Source: an uncultured virus (IMG/VR IMGVR_UViG_3300021256_000068) (Duplodnaviria > Heunggongvirae > Uroviricota > Caudoviricetes). From it: a stretch of 59,309 nt of DNA. The stretch lies in the IMG/VR virus record IMGVR_UViG_3300021256_000068, one strand, 5' to 3'. Below the pieces are notes generated by a model, which searched no databases, had not been told where the DNA came from, and saw only the letters and a program-made list of their open reading frames with translations. Numbering within the stretch: position 1 is the stretch's first letter; each line of letters starts with the position of its first letter. Made by a program: the position numbers and the translations under genes. Of this stretch, positions 26,987 to 37,823 are shown piece after piece.

Positions 26987-28798
26987 CTAATTGAAAAATG
27001 CAATTTTACGGCGCTTACCGTTATTCTTAGCTCTGTTTTTATAAAACTCTAATTCAATATGTTGATTTACTCCTCATACCATATATTCTGCCATTGAGAA
27101 GTAGTCTTTTTGTATTTTATCATTACGTCTAACAACTTTAACTTTATTTGATAAGTTATCAGAAGTGGAAGCAATATCTAGATTTTTCAACTCCATTTCC
27201 ATTTTATCCATTACTTTAAATGGTTGAAGATATGTAAGTTGCTTTTTTTGAGACATTTGCATAAAAGTTTTATTGCGGCCATATAGTGGAACTGCTTCTT
27301 GCGAACGAATTGGGAATGTTAATGCTCCAGTACTCATACGAGAGAAGAAGAACCAGTGTATATGTTCAGTATTGCCGCTACCTGCTTTAATTTCATAGCA
27401 AATAGTAGCTTCTTTTTCTCATCTATGTAATTCTTTTTCTACATCAGATGGAGGATTAATAATACCATAACCTCTATACATTTCTCCTGTTGCTTCATCT
27501 TTTGTCTCTTTATTTAACCAGTCACGGATTGCCGCACCGATACCGTTAGCATCGTATATAAGTAATTTTGCATGATAAGTCATAACTGTACGCTTTAATA
27601 TATTTGCAACTGCTAAATAATCACTAATAGATATATCAAACAAATTGACAAATTTATATGTAAAGAAATGGTCTTTTGGAATAACTTTTGCTACACCAAC
27701 TGCCGTATCTGCTTTACCATCTTTCGCCATATCGGCACATACTGCATAGAAACAATCATTTTCTTCTTGTGCAGGAGATAAATTATATTCTAATTCAACT
27801 TTCTTTATTTGTCTTAAAGTTGAAATTAATGATGCCGAGAAAGCCGCACCTGCTGGCGCATCAGACCAAACAGATTCATATTCACGTTCAAAAGAGTCTT
27901 TACTAAATGATGGAGAGTTGATAACGTCTTCGATTTGTTTACGAGATGTTAAACCATTCTTTAGCGGAATACGATATGTAGCTCCGATTACGAAATATTT
28001 ATCTGGTTCAATAACTGAACGACATAAAATTTCTATCATCTTTTGATACGCGAATGTACCTTGATAACCAGCAGTAGTAACATAAGTTTGTTGTGACTGA
28101 GGTTCATAAGGATTTATTAAACCATTACTCATTGTACGAGGACGGTTTAACATTGGGATTAATACTTCGTTAACTTTTATTGGGTCTTGCTCGATAATTT
28201 CCTCAAAAATTAGTGACTCTTTACGCAAACCACGGACACCACCGATTTGTAATGATGAACCATTACGGAAGTTAAATTCTACATAGTCGGTACCCATTTT
28301 ATATGCATCTAGGACTTTACCACCCTTTTTAATCTTCTGCATTTCATTAGCTAAGAAGGGGAATTTTATCCACAAGTCATTAACAATCTTTTGCTTTGCG
28401 ATTTCAGCCGCTTGCTTATTTGTACCTGCTGTTACCGCAGTATTGTGACGAGGAATAAACATACATTTTAAATATTTATCTAAGTCCGCAAGGAACGATT
28501 TTGAGAAACCACGCGAACAATAAACATAACTATTGATACCACGCGCCATTACACGTAATACAATACGTTGAATTACAAATAGATGGAATGATGACTTTTT
28601 AGGAATAATCAAATCTACAAACATATCAGGATATGCAACGAATAAATTTAATACTTCAACTAATTCATCAATATGCGCATCAATACGCTCTTTTGTAATT
28701 GCACCAGTATGATCATTTTCGTCTTCGGACATTAAGTCCATCAACTCATAGATTTCGTCTTCAATATCGAAATCTAAATCATTATAAGAAGAAAACAT
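26987..28798 (-). CDS. Terminase large subunit (2 TGA=Trp)
   Basis: Walker A SRGFSKS, Walker B LIFEE, nuclease ADMA, YDANGIG and KDYFSMAEYMV[W]; ORFs fuse at TGA 27419 and 27074. Confidence 0.92.
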
Positions 28799-28801
28799 AA
28801 A

Positions 28802-29812
28802 CTATTCCTCCTTATTAAAATTAATTGCTAACGCCTCTTCATCTGATTCTGTATCTACATTAATTTCAGTATTTGCTTTAACCAAATCTTCTAATGTAAC
28901 ATCTTGTGTTACTTCATCAGAGAATGTTTGCTCTGTTTGCGCTTTCTTTTGTTCTATCATTTCTTGAAGTTGTGAAGTTAAACCTGTAGCTTCAAGTATT
29001 GTACGACGGTTAGTCGCTTGTATATCTTTGATAGCAACATCAATTTCATCTCTATCATAATTATCATAGAATCTTAATTTATAACCCTTATCTTCAATGT
29101 ATTGATATAATTCTGATAGAGTAGTAATATCATCTGTTTTTGTATTCGCAATCATATCTTCTAGGTCCGCTTGCTTTGCAAGAGTTGCCCAAGTATTACC
29201 AAAGTCTTTAATTGCTTTTGCGTCTTCGGCTTCAATTGCTTTATCCATTTCAATTTGCACTTTACAAAGCGAACGGATCGCCGCCTTTTGAATTGGGTTA
29301 ATTACGGCATTGGCTTTTAAAGTTTTAGTGTAAATATCATCAAGACGGTATAATTCTTCAAAAGAATATTGAGGACCCCATCTTAAGTGACCTCTCTCTA
29401 TATAAGATTGCTTAATAGGTTCAATACGTTTTAAAATATCATATAATGAGCGGTTCTTTTCCCACTCTTTATTTGTTAATGCTCATAAATCCGCAGTAGT
29501 AGATTTGTAATATAGATTATTCTTTTCTTCATCGTATTTAGTGAACATATATTCAGCATAAATTGCGAAAGTTTCTTCTTTATATTCTTTACTTATTTCA
29601 ATCCACTTATTTGGGTCGAAAGGTAAATTATATGTTCTGCAGAAGAAATCCGCGTGTTGAATATTGTCATATTTTAATTGTACATTAATACAAGAGAAAC
29701 AAATAGTATTGCCGCTTAACGGATTATTTGAATACATTACCTTTGTTTTCTTACCACAAGAAGGACATATTTTTGTGGGAAAACTAAAAATTTCTGCTTT
29801 TGATATTTCCAT
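28802..29812 (-). CDS. Putative terminase small subunit (Zn finger; TGA=Trp)
   Basis: CPSC...CFSC; two ORFs fuse at TGA 29483; immediately upstream of the large subunit. Confidence 0.65.
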
Positions 29813-30086
29813 TATATCACTTCCTTCTTAAAAATAGTATAGTCGAGTAAAAATAAAATATCAAAAATAGAAAAATTATTTGACAATCTCTTGAAAAAGT
29901 TTTATGATAATATTATAAGGGAGATTATTTGCTTAATGAATTAAGTATAAAATTTTAAACCTATGAAAAAGTGAATATTCAAAAGAGGAAAAATTATTGA
30001 CAAGACTATTGACAAAGACTATAATAATAATGTAGGGAATAAAGATAAATGAATAAGTATGTTTATATAGATTAGGAGTGATATTT

Positions 30087-31115
30087 GTGACTACTGCTGA
30101 AATAATACTTTTAACGTGCTTAATTGCAATATGCGGATTAGTACTATTTTTAATAATTAACTGAATTTTTACGATAAAAGAAAATAAAGAATTGAAACAA
30201 GAGAATAAACGAGATAGTGGCCACATTAGAGAATTGTCTTCTCTTTTAAAATCTGAAAAAGAAATTAGTAAGGCACATTTTGATAAGACAATACAGCTTT
30301 CATTAGAAAAGGCGGAACTACAATCGCGCGTAGAGAAGTTTGATATTAGTCAAGAGTGAAAAGAACAACATCAAAAAGAAATGGCTGTTATTGATAAGGC
30401 TATACAAGATAAAATGTTGGAATTGCAAACTCTTGCTTCTGCTTGTGATACTACTAAGAAAGAAGTTGAAGAACTTAAATTAAATAAAGAACAGCTTCAA
30501 CATAAAGAATTGCAAGTTAAGTCAGATATCGAAAATTTAGAAGTATTATTACAACAAAAACAAGCGGCGTGAAGTGCAGTTGATAGCTTCGAAAAATGCG
30601 GTTTTGGTGATGAATTACCATATATTGATTATGAAGAATATTTTTCTAAAAATAACTTCGAAGTTGTATTAAAATTACTTGATGATTGTATTGAAGTGGC
30701 GCCGCAATTTAAGTCCGAGCTTAGAAAAATAGAGTGGAATTTATGTTATTTGCCTTATAAAAAGAGCTTTATTAAAGATTTTAGCCGCAGCGGTATTTAT
30801 ATGCTTGAAGTAAAAAGTAAATATGAGAATGAAGTTTTAAGAGAACTTGGATTAAAACGTATTAATGATAATGGCTCTATTGTTTATATCGGTCAGGCGA
30901 TTAATATTTATGATAGATGAACTACACATATTAAGAAAATGCTTGGAATTGAGGCTAGTGGTGGAGAAAAATTGTATAAGTTTAAGCCACTGATGTTTAA
31001 ATGGAAAGTAATTGAGTGATGCGATAGTAGTGAATTAAATGAAAGAGAAAAATTTTGGATTGATAGTTTTAAGAGTGATGAATTTGGATTAAATAGTAAG
31101 GGTGGAAATAAATAA
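30087..31115 (+). CDS. Membrane-anchored coiled-coil protein with C-terminal GIY-YIG nuclease domain (5 TGA=Trp)
   Basis: AGGAG RBS; hydrophobic N-terminus; SGIYML...VYIGQAINIYDR[W]TTH...LNEREKFWI. Confidence 0.75.
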
Positions 31116-31147
31116 AGACTAGGATTAACCTAGTCTTTTTTCTTTTT
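31114..31147. terminator. Bidirectional intrinsic terminator
   Basis: AAAGACTAGG-ATTAA-CCTAGTCTTTTT between convergent genes. Confidence 0.75.
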
Positions 31148-32704
31148 ATATTTATCTTTCTGTATTGAATTCCAAGCGATAATTGCTTTAAGTAATTTTG
31201 CATTCATTTTATTTGCTATTGCTGGCACATCTTTATCTAAACAATGAGATTGATAATAAGGATGGTCATCATATACAAAAGTATGAGAAGGATTTATACG
31301 AGGGTCTAAAATAAATAGCTCTCTTAAATCTTCATAATCAACACCAAGCTGATTTGCTATTTCATAGAATTGTGTACAGAATGCAACTTTCGCCGCAAGG
31401 AAACTATTCTCCATGTATTTATCTAGTTCCGCAGTAGTACTATCAACTATATGGAAAGTATGTCTTGCATCATATACTCTTTGTAATAACTGTTGAACTT
31501 TTCGACAATAACTCTTTTCGCCACCAAGAATAGTAAAATTGAATTCAAAATTATTGCAATGTTGAGTACCGCCATAGAATTCAGGAGAGAAAATAATTGG
31601 ACGTTTAAATTCTTCTCTGAATTGTTTTGTTGTTCCAGGTAAGATTGTTGATTTAATTATAATAATATTTGCACTAGTTTCTCTAATTGCATCTTTTACC
31701 GCACTTAAATCACAATCGCCTTTTTCATTGAATGGAGTATCTACGCAAATGAATGCAAAGTCATATACAATATTTCGCTTTGTATTAAATTGCGGCTTAA
31801 ATTTATCGAAAATATCTGGTTGTAAAACTCTAATCTCATTTGCTAAATTATGACCAACTACACCATAGCCAACAATTAATACGTTAGGTAATCCTGCTGG
31901 TCTTGGTGGTCTATTTTGTGGAATTCTTACTTTAAAAGTTTGCTGTTTTTTTATTATTCTATCAAGGAAAAAATCAACATCTGAACTATTATAGCGTCCA
32001 ATTTTAACATCAATATCTTTAAATTGATCATACATTTTTTCTAATAATTTACGCAAAATTACTTCGTGTTGTTCTGGATGATCAACTAAATCTTCGTATT
32101 TGAATGAAAATTCGCCGCTTTCATTTAATTCATCTATATAATCAATAAAATATGGTGAACGTCTATCACAACGAACATTATTACCAATTAAGCTTTTATC
32201 GTCAATGTGTTGAACTAAGCATGGACGATAACGATAATGTGGAATATTTAAAGATTGAATTGTCGCTTTCATTGTTGTTTCAGGAGTACAACGTTTTGGT
32301 CTTTGTCCCGCAAGAATTTTATTTATCTCTTGAATAAAGATTGGAATATAAGTAAGCGGAATGTAAGTACATTGATTGTAACAGAAATAGTTAACTTGAT
32401 CTTTTCCTTCTACTTCTCCTGAGTGGAATAAATCCATTGGGAACGTAAAGAAATTAATTATTTCATCTGGTCGTTCATTAATTACTGCTTCAATTCTCTC
32501 TTTGAAGTTTTTACATAAAACTATATCATCTTCCATTAAAACTATACCACCATCAGATTGACCTGACGCCGCTTGCTGTAATTGAGCCGGAAAGATGTTA
32601 ATAAATTGACGATTTGCATCGACTAGTAATTTATAGTCTATTTGTTTAAATGATGGATGAAGAACTCTATCGCCGCAAGTTCTTACCCAATATGTGATTG
32701 TCAT
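31130..32704 (-). CDS. Glycosyltransferase (GT-A type) fused to a UDP-glucose/GDP-mannose dehydrogenase-like domain
   Basis: N-terminal IVLMEDD and PCLVQH; C-terminal VGYGVVG, IKSTILPGT, FSPEF, KYMENSFLA, DPRI and HCLDKD. Confidence 0.8.
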   Translation of the reverse strand: MTITYWVRTCGDRVLHPSFKQIDYKLLVDANRQFINIFPAQLQQAASGQSDGGIVLMEDDIVLCKNFKERIEAVINERPDEIINFFTFPMDLFHSGEVEGKDQVNYFCYNQCTYIPLTYIPIFIQEINKILAGQRPKRCTPETTMKATIQSLNIPHYRYRPCLVQHIDDKSLIGNNVRCDRRSPYFIDYIDELNESGEFSFKYEDLVDHPEQHEVILRKLLEKMYDQFKDIDVKIGRYNSSDVDFFLDRIIKKQQTFKVRIPQNRPPRPAGLPNVLIVGYGVVGHNLANEIRVLQPDIFDKFKPQFNTKRNIVYDFAFICVDTPFNEKGDCDLSAVKDAIRETSANIIIIKSTILPGTTKQFREEFKRPIIFSPEFYGGTQHCNNFEFNFTILGGEKSYCRKVQQLLQRVYDARHTFHIVDSTTAELDKYMENSFLAAKVAFCTQFYEIANQLGVDYEDLRELFILDPRINPSHTFVYDDHPYYQSHCLDKDVPAIANKMNAKLLKAIIAWNSIQKDKYKKKKD

Positions 32705-32778
32705 TTGCTTGTTCACTTCCTTTAGTATTAGTATAACAAAAGAAAAAAAGAATAGCAAAAATTGCTATTCTAAATTGT

Positions 32779-33285
32779 TTATTCTTGGATTGATTCTTGT
32801 TCTTGTTTAATTAATAGTTTTGAAAGGTCAAAACTCTGGATGATTGAATGACCACTTCCTCTAATTATACCAACGAAAATCTCTCCATCTCCTGCGTAAA
32901 TCTCTTCAGCACTAATCTCTGTGGCATATTCAGTAATATGGTCAGACCAATTAGTAAAATGATCTCCATCAATAGAGAAGATTGTTTTTAATCCAATTTG
33001 TAAACTATAAGTGGTACCTGTATATGATAAATAAACTATTGAACCAACATGTTCATTGCCACTACCATCTATTGCATAACCGTCTCCTATAGAACCTTCA
33101 CCACTTATAAAACCAGCTAATCTTGCTAATTCAACAGGGTCAATTTTATAAGCTGTACCAGAAGTATCTACGACAATTTCTCCGCTATCACCGCCACCAG
33201 CATTCTCAGGCCAATTAGTTACGTCACTAGCGTCAGCACCATTATCTATAAATTCATCTAGCCATTGATTTAATTTCTTACTCAT
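32779..33285 (-). CDS. Hypothetical protein sharing an N-terminal module with its neighbour
   Basis: GAGGTG RBS; first 32 aa closely match those of 33305-34528. Confidence 0.7.
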   Translation of the reverse strand: MSKKLNQWLDEFIDNGADASDVTNWPENAGGGDSGEIVVDTSGTAYKIDPVELARLAGFISGEGSIGDGYAIDGSGNEHVGSIVYLSYTGTTYSLQIGLKTIFSIDGDHFTNWSDHITEYATEISAEEIYAGDGEIFVGIIRGSGHSIIQSFDLSKLLIKQEQESIQE

Positions 33286-33304
33286 TTATTTCACCTCGTT
33301 AATA

Positions 33305-34528
33305 TTACATTACTCCATTCCAATAAATAAATTTCTGATTTGTATTGTCCCAATCAAGACCAGGATTTCCTAAACGTCCTTTAGGATAGAAATCAAAATA
33401 GTAAGAATTTCCATCTTTTTGAGCGGCAGAAATTGTAGATATTTCTTCATGTCCGTCTCTGACAATAATACATTTAATCTGAGTATTATTTGGATCCGCA
33501 TTGTACATTTCGATTATCTCATCAAATGTCTTATTACAAGATAAGACTTCATATTGAACTTGTCCTTGTCCAGGAACATCTATATTACCGCCAATTTCAA
33601 ATTCAACTCTTTCAGGTTCATTTTCTAAAAAGACATCTACAGTATAATCTTCAAATAATAATCTTAAACCGATAGGATCTGGTGATCCTTCATTAAAAAC
33701 AGTTTGTATTTCATTTAAAATACGAATTGCAACTACAGAAGATATCTCTTCGTCTTTAAATATTTTTCTTAATCTAACATCTCCTCCATTTAATATAGAA
33801 TTAACAATAGATACAGCATCATATTCTGGATCGTCTAAATAAATATATTTTTCATTTCCACTTTCAGGTACATCAATTACTATTGCTCCATTAGTCTTTT
33901 GCCATCATTCAGTAACTACTGTCTCGTAACCAATTTTTTCATGTTCTAAAAGACCTGCTAATGCCCCTAAACCAATACCGCTAGGTTGAGTAAATTCATT
34001 AATAATCTCTTGTGTCAATGTAATACTTAAAGGTATTGTTAAATCTCCCTCTATAATTTCCATTTGACCGTTATTATAAATAGCTCTTCCTATTTCTTCT
34101 CCTGAATTAGATGCTATTACTATCTGAAATGGATTACTACTATCGTTGTCATAACCTACTAATTGGTTTCCTGAAGAAATAGTAGGTACATTGTCTATAG
34201 TAACACTTCCTGCTTTAGTTATCCAACGTTGAATATCATAAAGGGTACCATAAGCATTATCTATATCTTCAGGCTTGTATATAAAATTAAATGTTTCTCC
34301 CGCTTTTATTTGTTTATAAACAGGAACTACCTTTTCTTGATGCATAAAGGTATATATATCGCCATTAGGTAGTAAATAAAATTTTCCTATATCTCCTTTT
34401 TCTGGAAGTTTATTAACTGGAGTTAATCCTCCACCTCCACCTGCGTTTTCTGGCCAACCAGTAACGTCACTAGGATTTGCACCATTCTCTACGAACTCAT
34501 CAAGCCATTTATTCAATGTTTTCGCCAT
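33305..34528 (-). CDS. Hypothetical protein, 407 aa (1 TGA=Trp)
   Basis: ORFs 33905 and 33305 fuse in frame through TGA 33905. Confidence 0.7.
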
Positions 34529-34672
34529 TGTTTCACCTCGTTAATTATTTTCTTACCCATTAATATTATAGCAAAAAGACAGTTAATATACAAAAATTGG
34601 AGTAAATAGCGGCGGCACATTAATATGATAACCATTTAAATCGATAGGAAATGATAAAAAGAGAGTAAATTT

Positions 34673-35434
34673 TTACTCTTTATCAATCGAATTTTTCGCC
34701 GCTCTGGTGTACAATGAAGGATCATCGTAATGTGTATGATACTTCCAAGGATTAAACAACTTAAAAATACCAAGTATACCAAATTTTCCAACACTTACAC
34801 GTTTAGGTTTAATAAAACCAAATAATAATCTTGGTGGTAAATATCCAACAATATCACACTTATCAGCGAAATTGTATATCTCTTTGCAACATCTATTTAG
34901 ATATCTCTTTATTTTTCTTCTATTGAAAACATTTGTTTTGTACGGATTAACTGAGCCATAGGTGTATAAGTAGCTTCTTATTCCAAAGTTATGATAAATA
35001 TCTTGCGCACAAAGTATCGCTTGCCCGCTACCAAGTGACCAACCAATGATTTCTACTTCCGCTCTTGGGTGCAATTGTAGTAGAAAATCTAATTTATTTC
35101 TAATTCTATGCTTCATAGCTTTATACATTGCAGCCCATCCATTGTGCACTCTAAGAGTGATTTTTTCGCCGCTATCTATGAATGAGTCATAGTAACGTTC
35201 CACGAACATAAGGTTAGTGTACCAGTCAGCCATACCATCTGTTTCTTCAAAGTTAATTTGAATTACGTCACGATCTGGTTCGTAATGCATCTCCCAATCT
35301 GCGCACATAGTTTTGCCTTTGTATTCGTATTGTACTTGCTCGTATTTGATTTTATATCTAGCTTTGCCAGTTTTATTGCAATCGTTAGAAGTATCTATAA
35401 AATATTGTGGGAAAGATAATCTTTCGTATTCCAT
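34673..35434 (-). CDS. Lipase class 3-like alpha/beta hydrolase
   Basis: RVHNGW, IIGWSLGSG nucleophile elbow, YTYGS, DIVGYLPP and a C-terminal His. Confidence 0.85.
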   Translation of the reverse strand: MEYERLSFPQYFIDTSNDCNKTGKARYKIKYEQVQYEYKGKTMCADWEMHYEPDRDVIQINFEETDGMADWYTNLMFVERYYDSFIDSGEKITLRVHNGWAAMYKAMKHRIRNKLDFLLQLHPRAEVEIIGWSLGSGQAILCAQDIYHNFGIRSYLYTYGSVNPYKTNVFNRRKIKRYLNRCCKEIYNFADKCDIVGYLPPRLLFGFIKPKRVSVGKFGILGIFKLFNPWKYHTHYDDPSLYTRAAKNSIDKE

Positions 35435-35951
35435 AATTAATCATCTCCATAAACTTTCTTAATATTATTATAGTGGAGTTGGATTGAAAAATCAAAATTA
35501 TATAGAGAAAAAGGGATGGGTTATAGAAAAATGGAGTATAAAAATAGGGTAAAAATAGAGGGGTTGTACGTAATCGTATAGCCACTCCTTTGGTCGCCGA
35601 AAATTAATTTTTTGAAAAAAAATTACATATACCCCCCGAGTTAGTCTGCACTAACTACTGCCTAAATATGCCCGTCCCGTATGCCCGTATGTGCATATAT
35701 GAAAGGTATGAAAACGTTTTCAAAAAACTTTTTGTTGCATAGGGCTTTTTTTATGATATACTATAAGTGTCTTAGATAAAGACAAAAAAATTGAATAGAG
35801 TTATTAAAAACACGCTAATTTTAATTATTAATAAATTGAAAGGGGTATTAATAATAATAAGATTTACAAGTTATAAAGGCGTGTAAGCGTAAAACGTTCA
35901 AACTTGCAATAACTCGAAAACGAAAAAACTATAAAAAAGGGGTATAAGAAA

Positions 35952-36503
35952 ATGACAAACAAAAACAATTTACAATTATTAGAAAATGCTTTACAAATAG
36001 CAAAAACATTTAATTTAAAATTAAAAGATAACAACATTAATTATCAATATGTAGAATTGAAAAGCCTTTACAATTCATTATTTCAAGCATTAAAAATGGA
36101 CGCTTTCAAGCGTGTTAAAAAGCAATTAAACAATTGTATTAATACAATTGATTATGCAGTAGAAAACGATTTAATATCATTTAATGATTATGTATATATT
36201 AACTATACAAAAAATTATATTAATCGTGGCGTTTTAGTTAGTAGTGTTTTAAAAGCATATACAAACTATTTTGAAAGTATCAATAGAAAAATGAATATAC
36301 ATTTAGTTGATACAAACAACGCTATAAGCGTTAAAAAACAAACTACAAATGAAAATGCAATTACAGTTTGTGATAGTGGTATCTACTTTACAAAAACAAG
36401 CGATTTTGATTTTCACTATGATTTAACAAGTGATAAAAATAAGAAAATCGTTAAAAAACTAACAAACATTAAAAACGATTGTGAGTGCATAGTAGCGTGG
36501 TAG
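35952..36503 (+). CDS. Hypothetical early protein
   Basis: AAGGGG RBS; TAG stop; first gene of the rightward arm. Confidence 0.7.
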   Translation: MTNKNNLQLLENALQIAKTFNLKLKDNNINYQYVELKSLYNSLFQALKMDAFKRVKKQLNNCINTIDYAVENDLISFNDYVYINYTKNYINRGVLVSSVLKAYTNYFESINRKMNIHLVDTNNAISVKKQTTNENAITVCDSGIYFTKTSDFDFHYDLTSDKNKKIVKKLTNIKNDCECIVAW

Positions 36504-36544
36504 TAATACCACGCAAAACACTTGCAATATGAAAGAGGTATAAT

Positions 36545-37021
36545 ATGAATAAACAAGAATTATTAAAGCAATTACACAACGATTTACAAGTATGTAAACC
36601 AAACAAAAAAGAAAGTATCCATTTAATTATTAAAATGCTTAAACATTCAAGCAACGAAATTGATAGTCAATACAATTTAGGTTGCATTGCTGAGTGTATG
36701 ATTAAAGCAATATTCACAAAAGATATTGTAAAGCCATCACCTAAGGGCGTAAATGATTTAAACATTGATTTAACAACAAAACAACAAAATCAATATTTCA
36801 ATGGTATTAGCGTTCACGATTTAGATATTAAATATGTAAATAACTATTCAACTGCACACCAACCAAAAACACCAAAATATTTAGTATGCATAACACCTAA
36901 AGGTTGCTATATGATACATAGCGATAGCGTAGAATATAACAACGATAATAAGATTATATTATCAAGCGTTTACAAAAATGCGATTAAGTTAGATAGATTA
37001 ACAAGAAAGTTAGGGCTTTAA
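36545..37021 (+). CDS. Hypothetical early protein (weak PD-(D/E)xK-like residues)
   Basis: GAGG RBS; G.IAE...ND...DIKY pattern. Confidence 0.6.
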   Translation: MNKQELLKQLHNDLQVCKPNKKESIHLIIKMLKHSSNEIDSQYNLGCIAECMIKAIFTKDIVKPSPKGVNDLNIDLTTKQQNQYFNGISVHDLDIKYVNNYSTAHQPKTPKYLVCITPKGCYMIHSDSVEYNNDNKIILSSVYKNAIKLDRLTRKLGL

Positions 37022-37059
37022 TACAAGCCCTAACAAAACAATAGAAAGAAGGATTTTAT

Positions 37060-37299
37060 ATGTATAAGGTAGAATATAAAGAAGAAGTAAAACTAGGTAT
37101 CATTATCACAACTGAACAACCAACTTTTAAAAAATTAATAGCGTGGATAAAAAACCATTTGATAGGATATTATCCAATTACAACTTGCACTATTAAAATC
37201 GAGCGTGTACACCCAAGCGGAGCAAGTGAGATTATTGCCGACGGAAACGGACAAGAAGTATTAGATTTAATACGAGTGGCAGACTATGGGCTAGATTAG
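37060..37299 (+). CDS. Hypothetical early protein
   Basis: AAGGA RBS; TAG stop. Confidence 0.65.
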   Translation: MYKVEYKEEVKLGIIITTEQPTFKKLIAWIKNHLIGYYPITTCTIKIERVHPSGASEIIADGNGQEVLDLIRVADYGLD

Positions 37300-37673
37300 T
37301 CTGCCCGACGGAATGCGGCGAAACTGCCTTTATATTTCCGTCGTTCCCGACGGAACGTGGCGAGAAGCGGCGGCAAGCAGCCACGAACTTTTGGGCGGTT
37401 TTTCCGTCGGGTGTGATATTTTTTGAAAGTTTTGGGTGGCGTTCCGTCGGGTGATAAAATATTTCATTCCGTTCCGTCGGGTTGGGTTGCGTTTTGTGCC
37501 GTTCCGTCGGGTGATTAAATTATTCGTGCGTGTGAATTGTTCCGTCGGGTATGATAAAAAATTGGTGCGTTCCGTCGGGATAGTATATTTATTTTATCTT
37601 TTGATATTGTTTCATAGAAAAGAAAGAAATATAAAAGAAAGAAAAAATTTTTTAAAAAAATATAAAATAACTA

Positions 37674-37794
37674 TTGACATTGTTTTTTAATTTGCTATAA
37701 TAGAGTTGTAAGTTGAAAGCGAAAGACTTACAAAAACAAAAAATAAAAAATCTTAAAAATATCTATTGACAAACAAAATTGTTAATGATATAAT
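37674..37794 (+). promoter_or_regulatory. Two tandem sigma-A-type promoters
   Basis: TTGACA-16-TATAAT (37674) and TTGACA-17-TATAAT (37766). Confidence 0.85.
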
Positions 37795-37823
37795 AAGGGT
37801 GTAAATGAAAGGGGAAATGAATT

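Noticed and set aside
2490..29812. Decayed prophage with pseudogenised structural genes
   Set aside because: The breaks I checked are in-frame TGA with no frameshift, often at typical Trp positions, which indicates recoding rather than decay.
32779..34528. Diversity-generating retroelement or invertible tail cassette
   Set aside because: No reverse transcriptase, invertase or adenine-specific repeat pair is visible, and the two genes are in direct orientation.
37402..37580. CRISPR or TIGR-like guide array (10-bp repeat with 20-30 bp spacers)
   Set aside because: The repeat is too short, also occurs singly in genes and in both orientations, and spacers resemble each other across clusters (37482 vs 38714; 39801 vs 40906). 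No cas or Nop-domain gene is seen.
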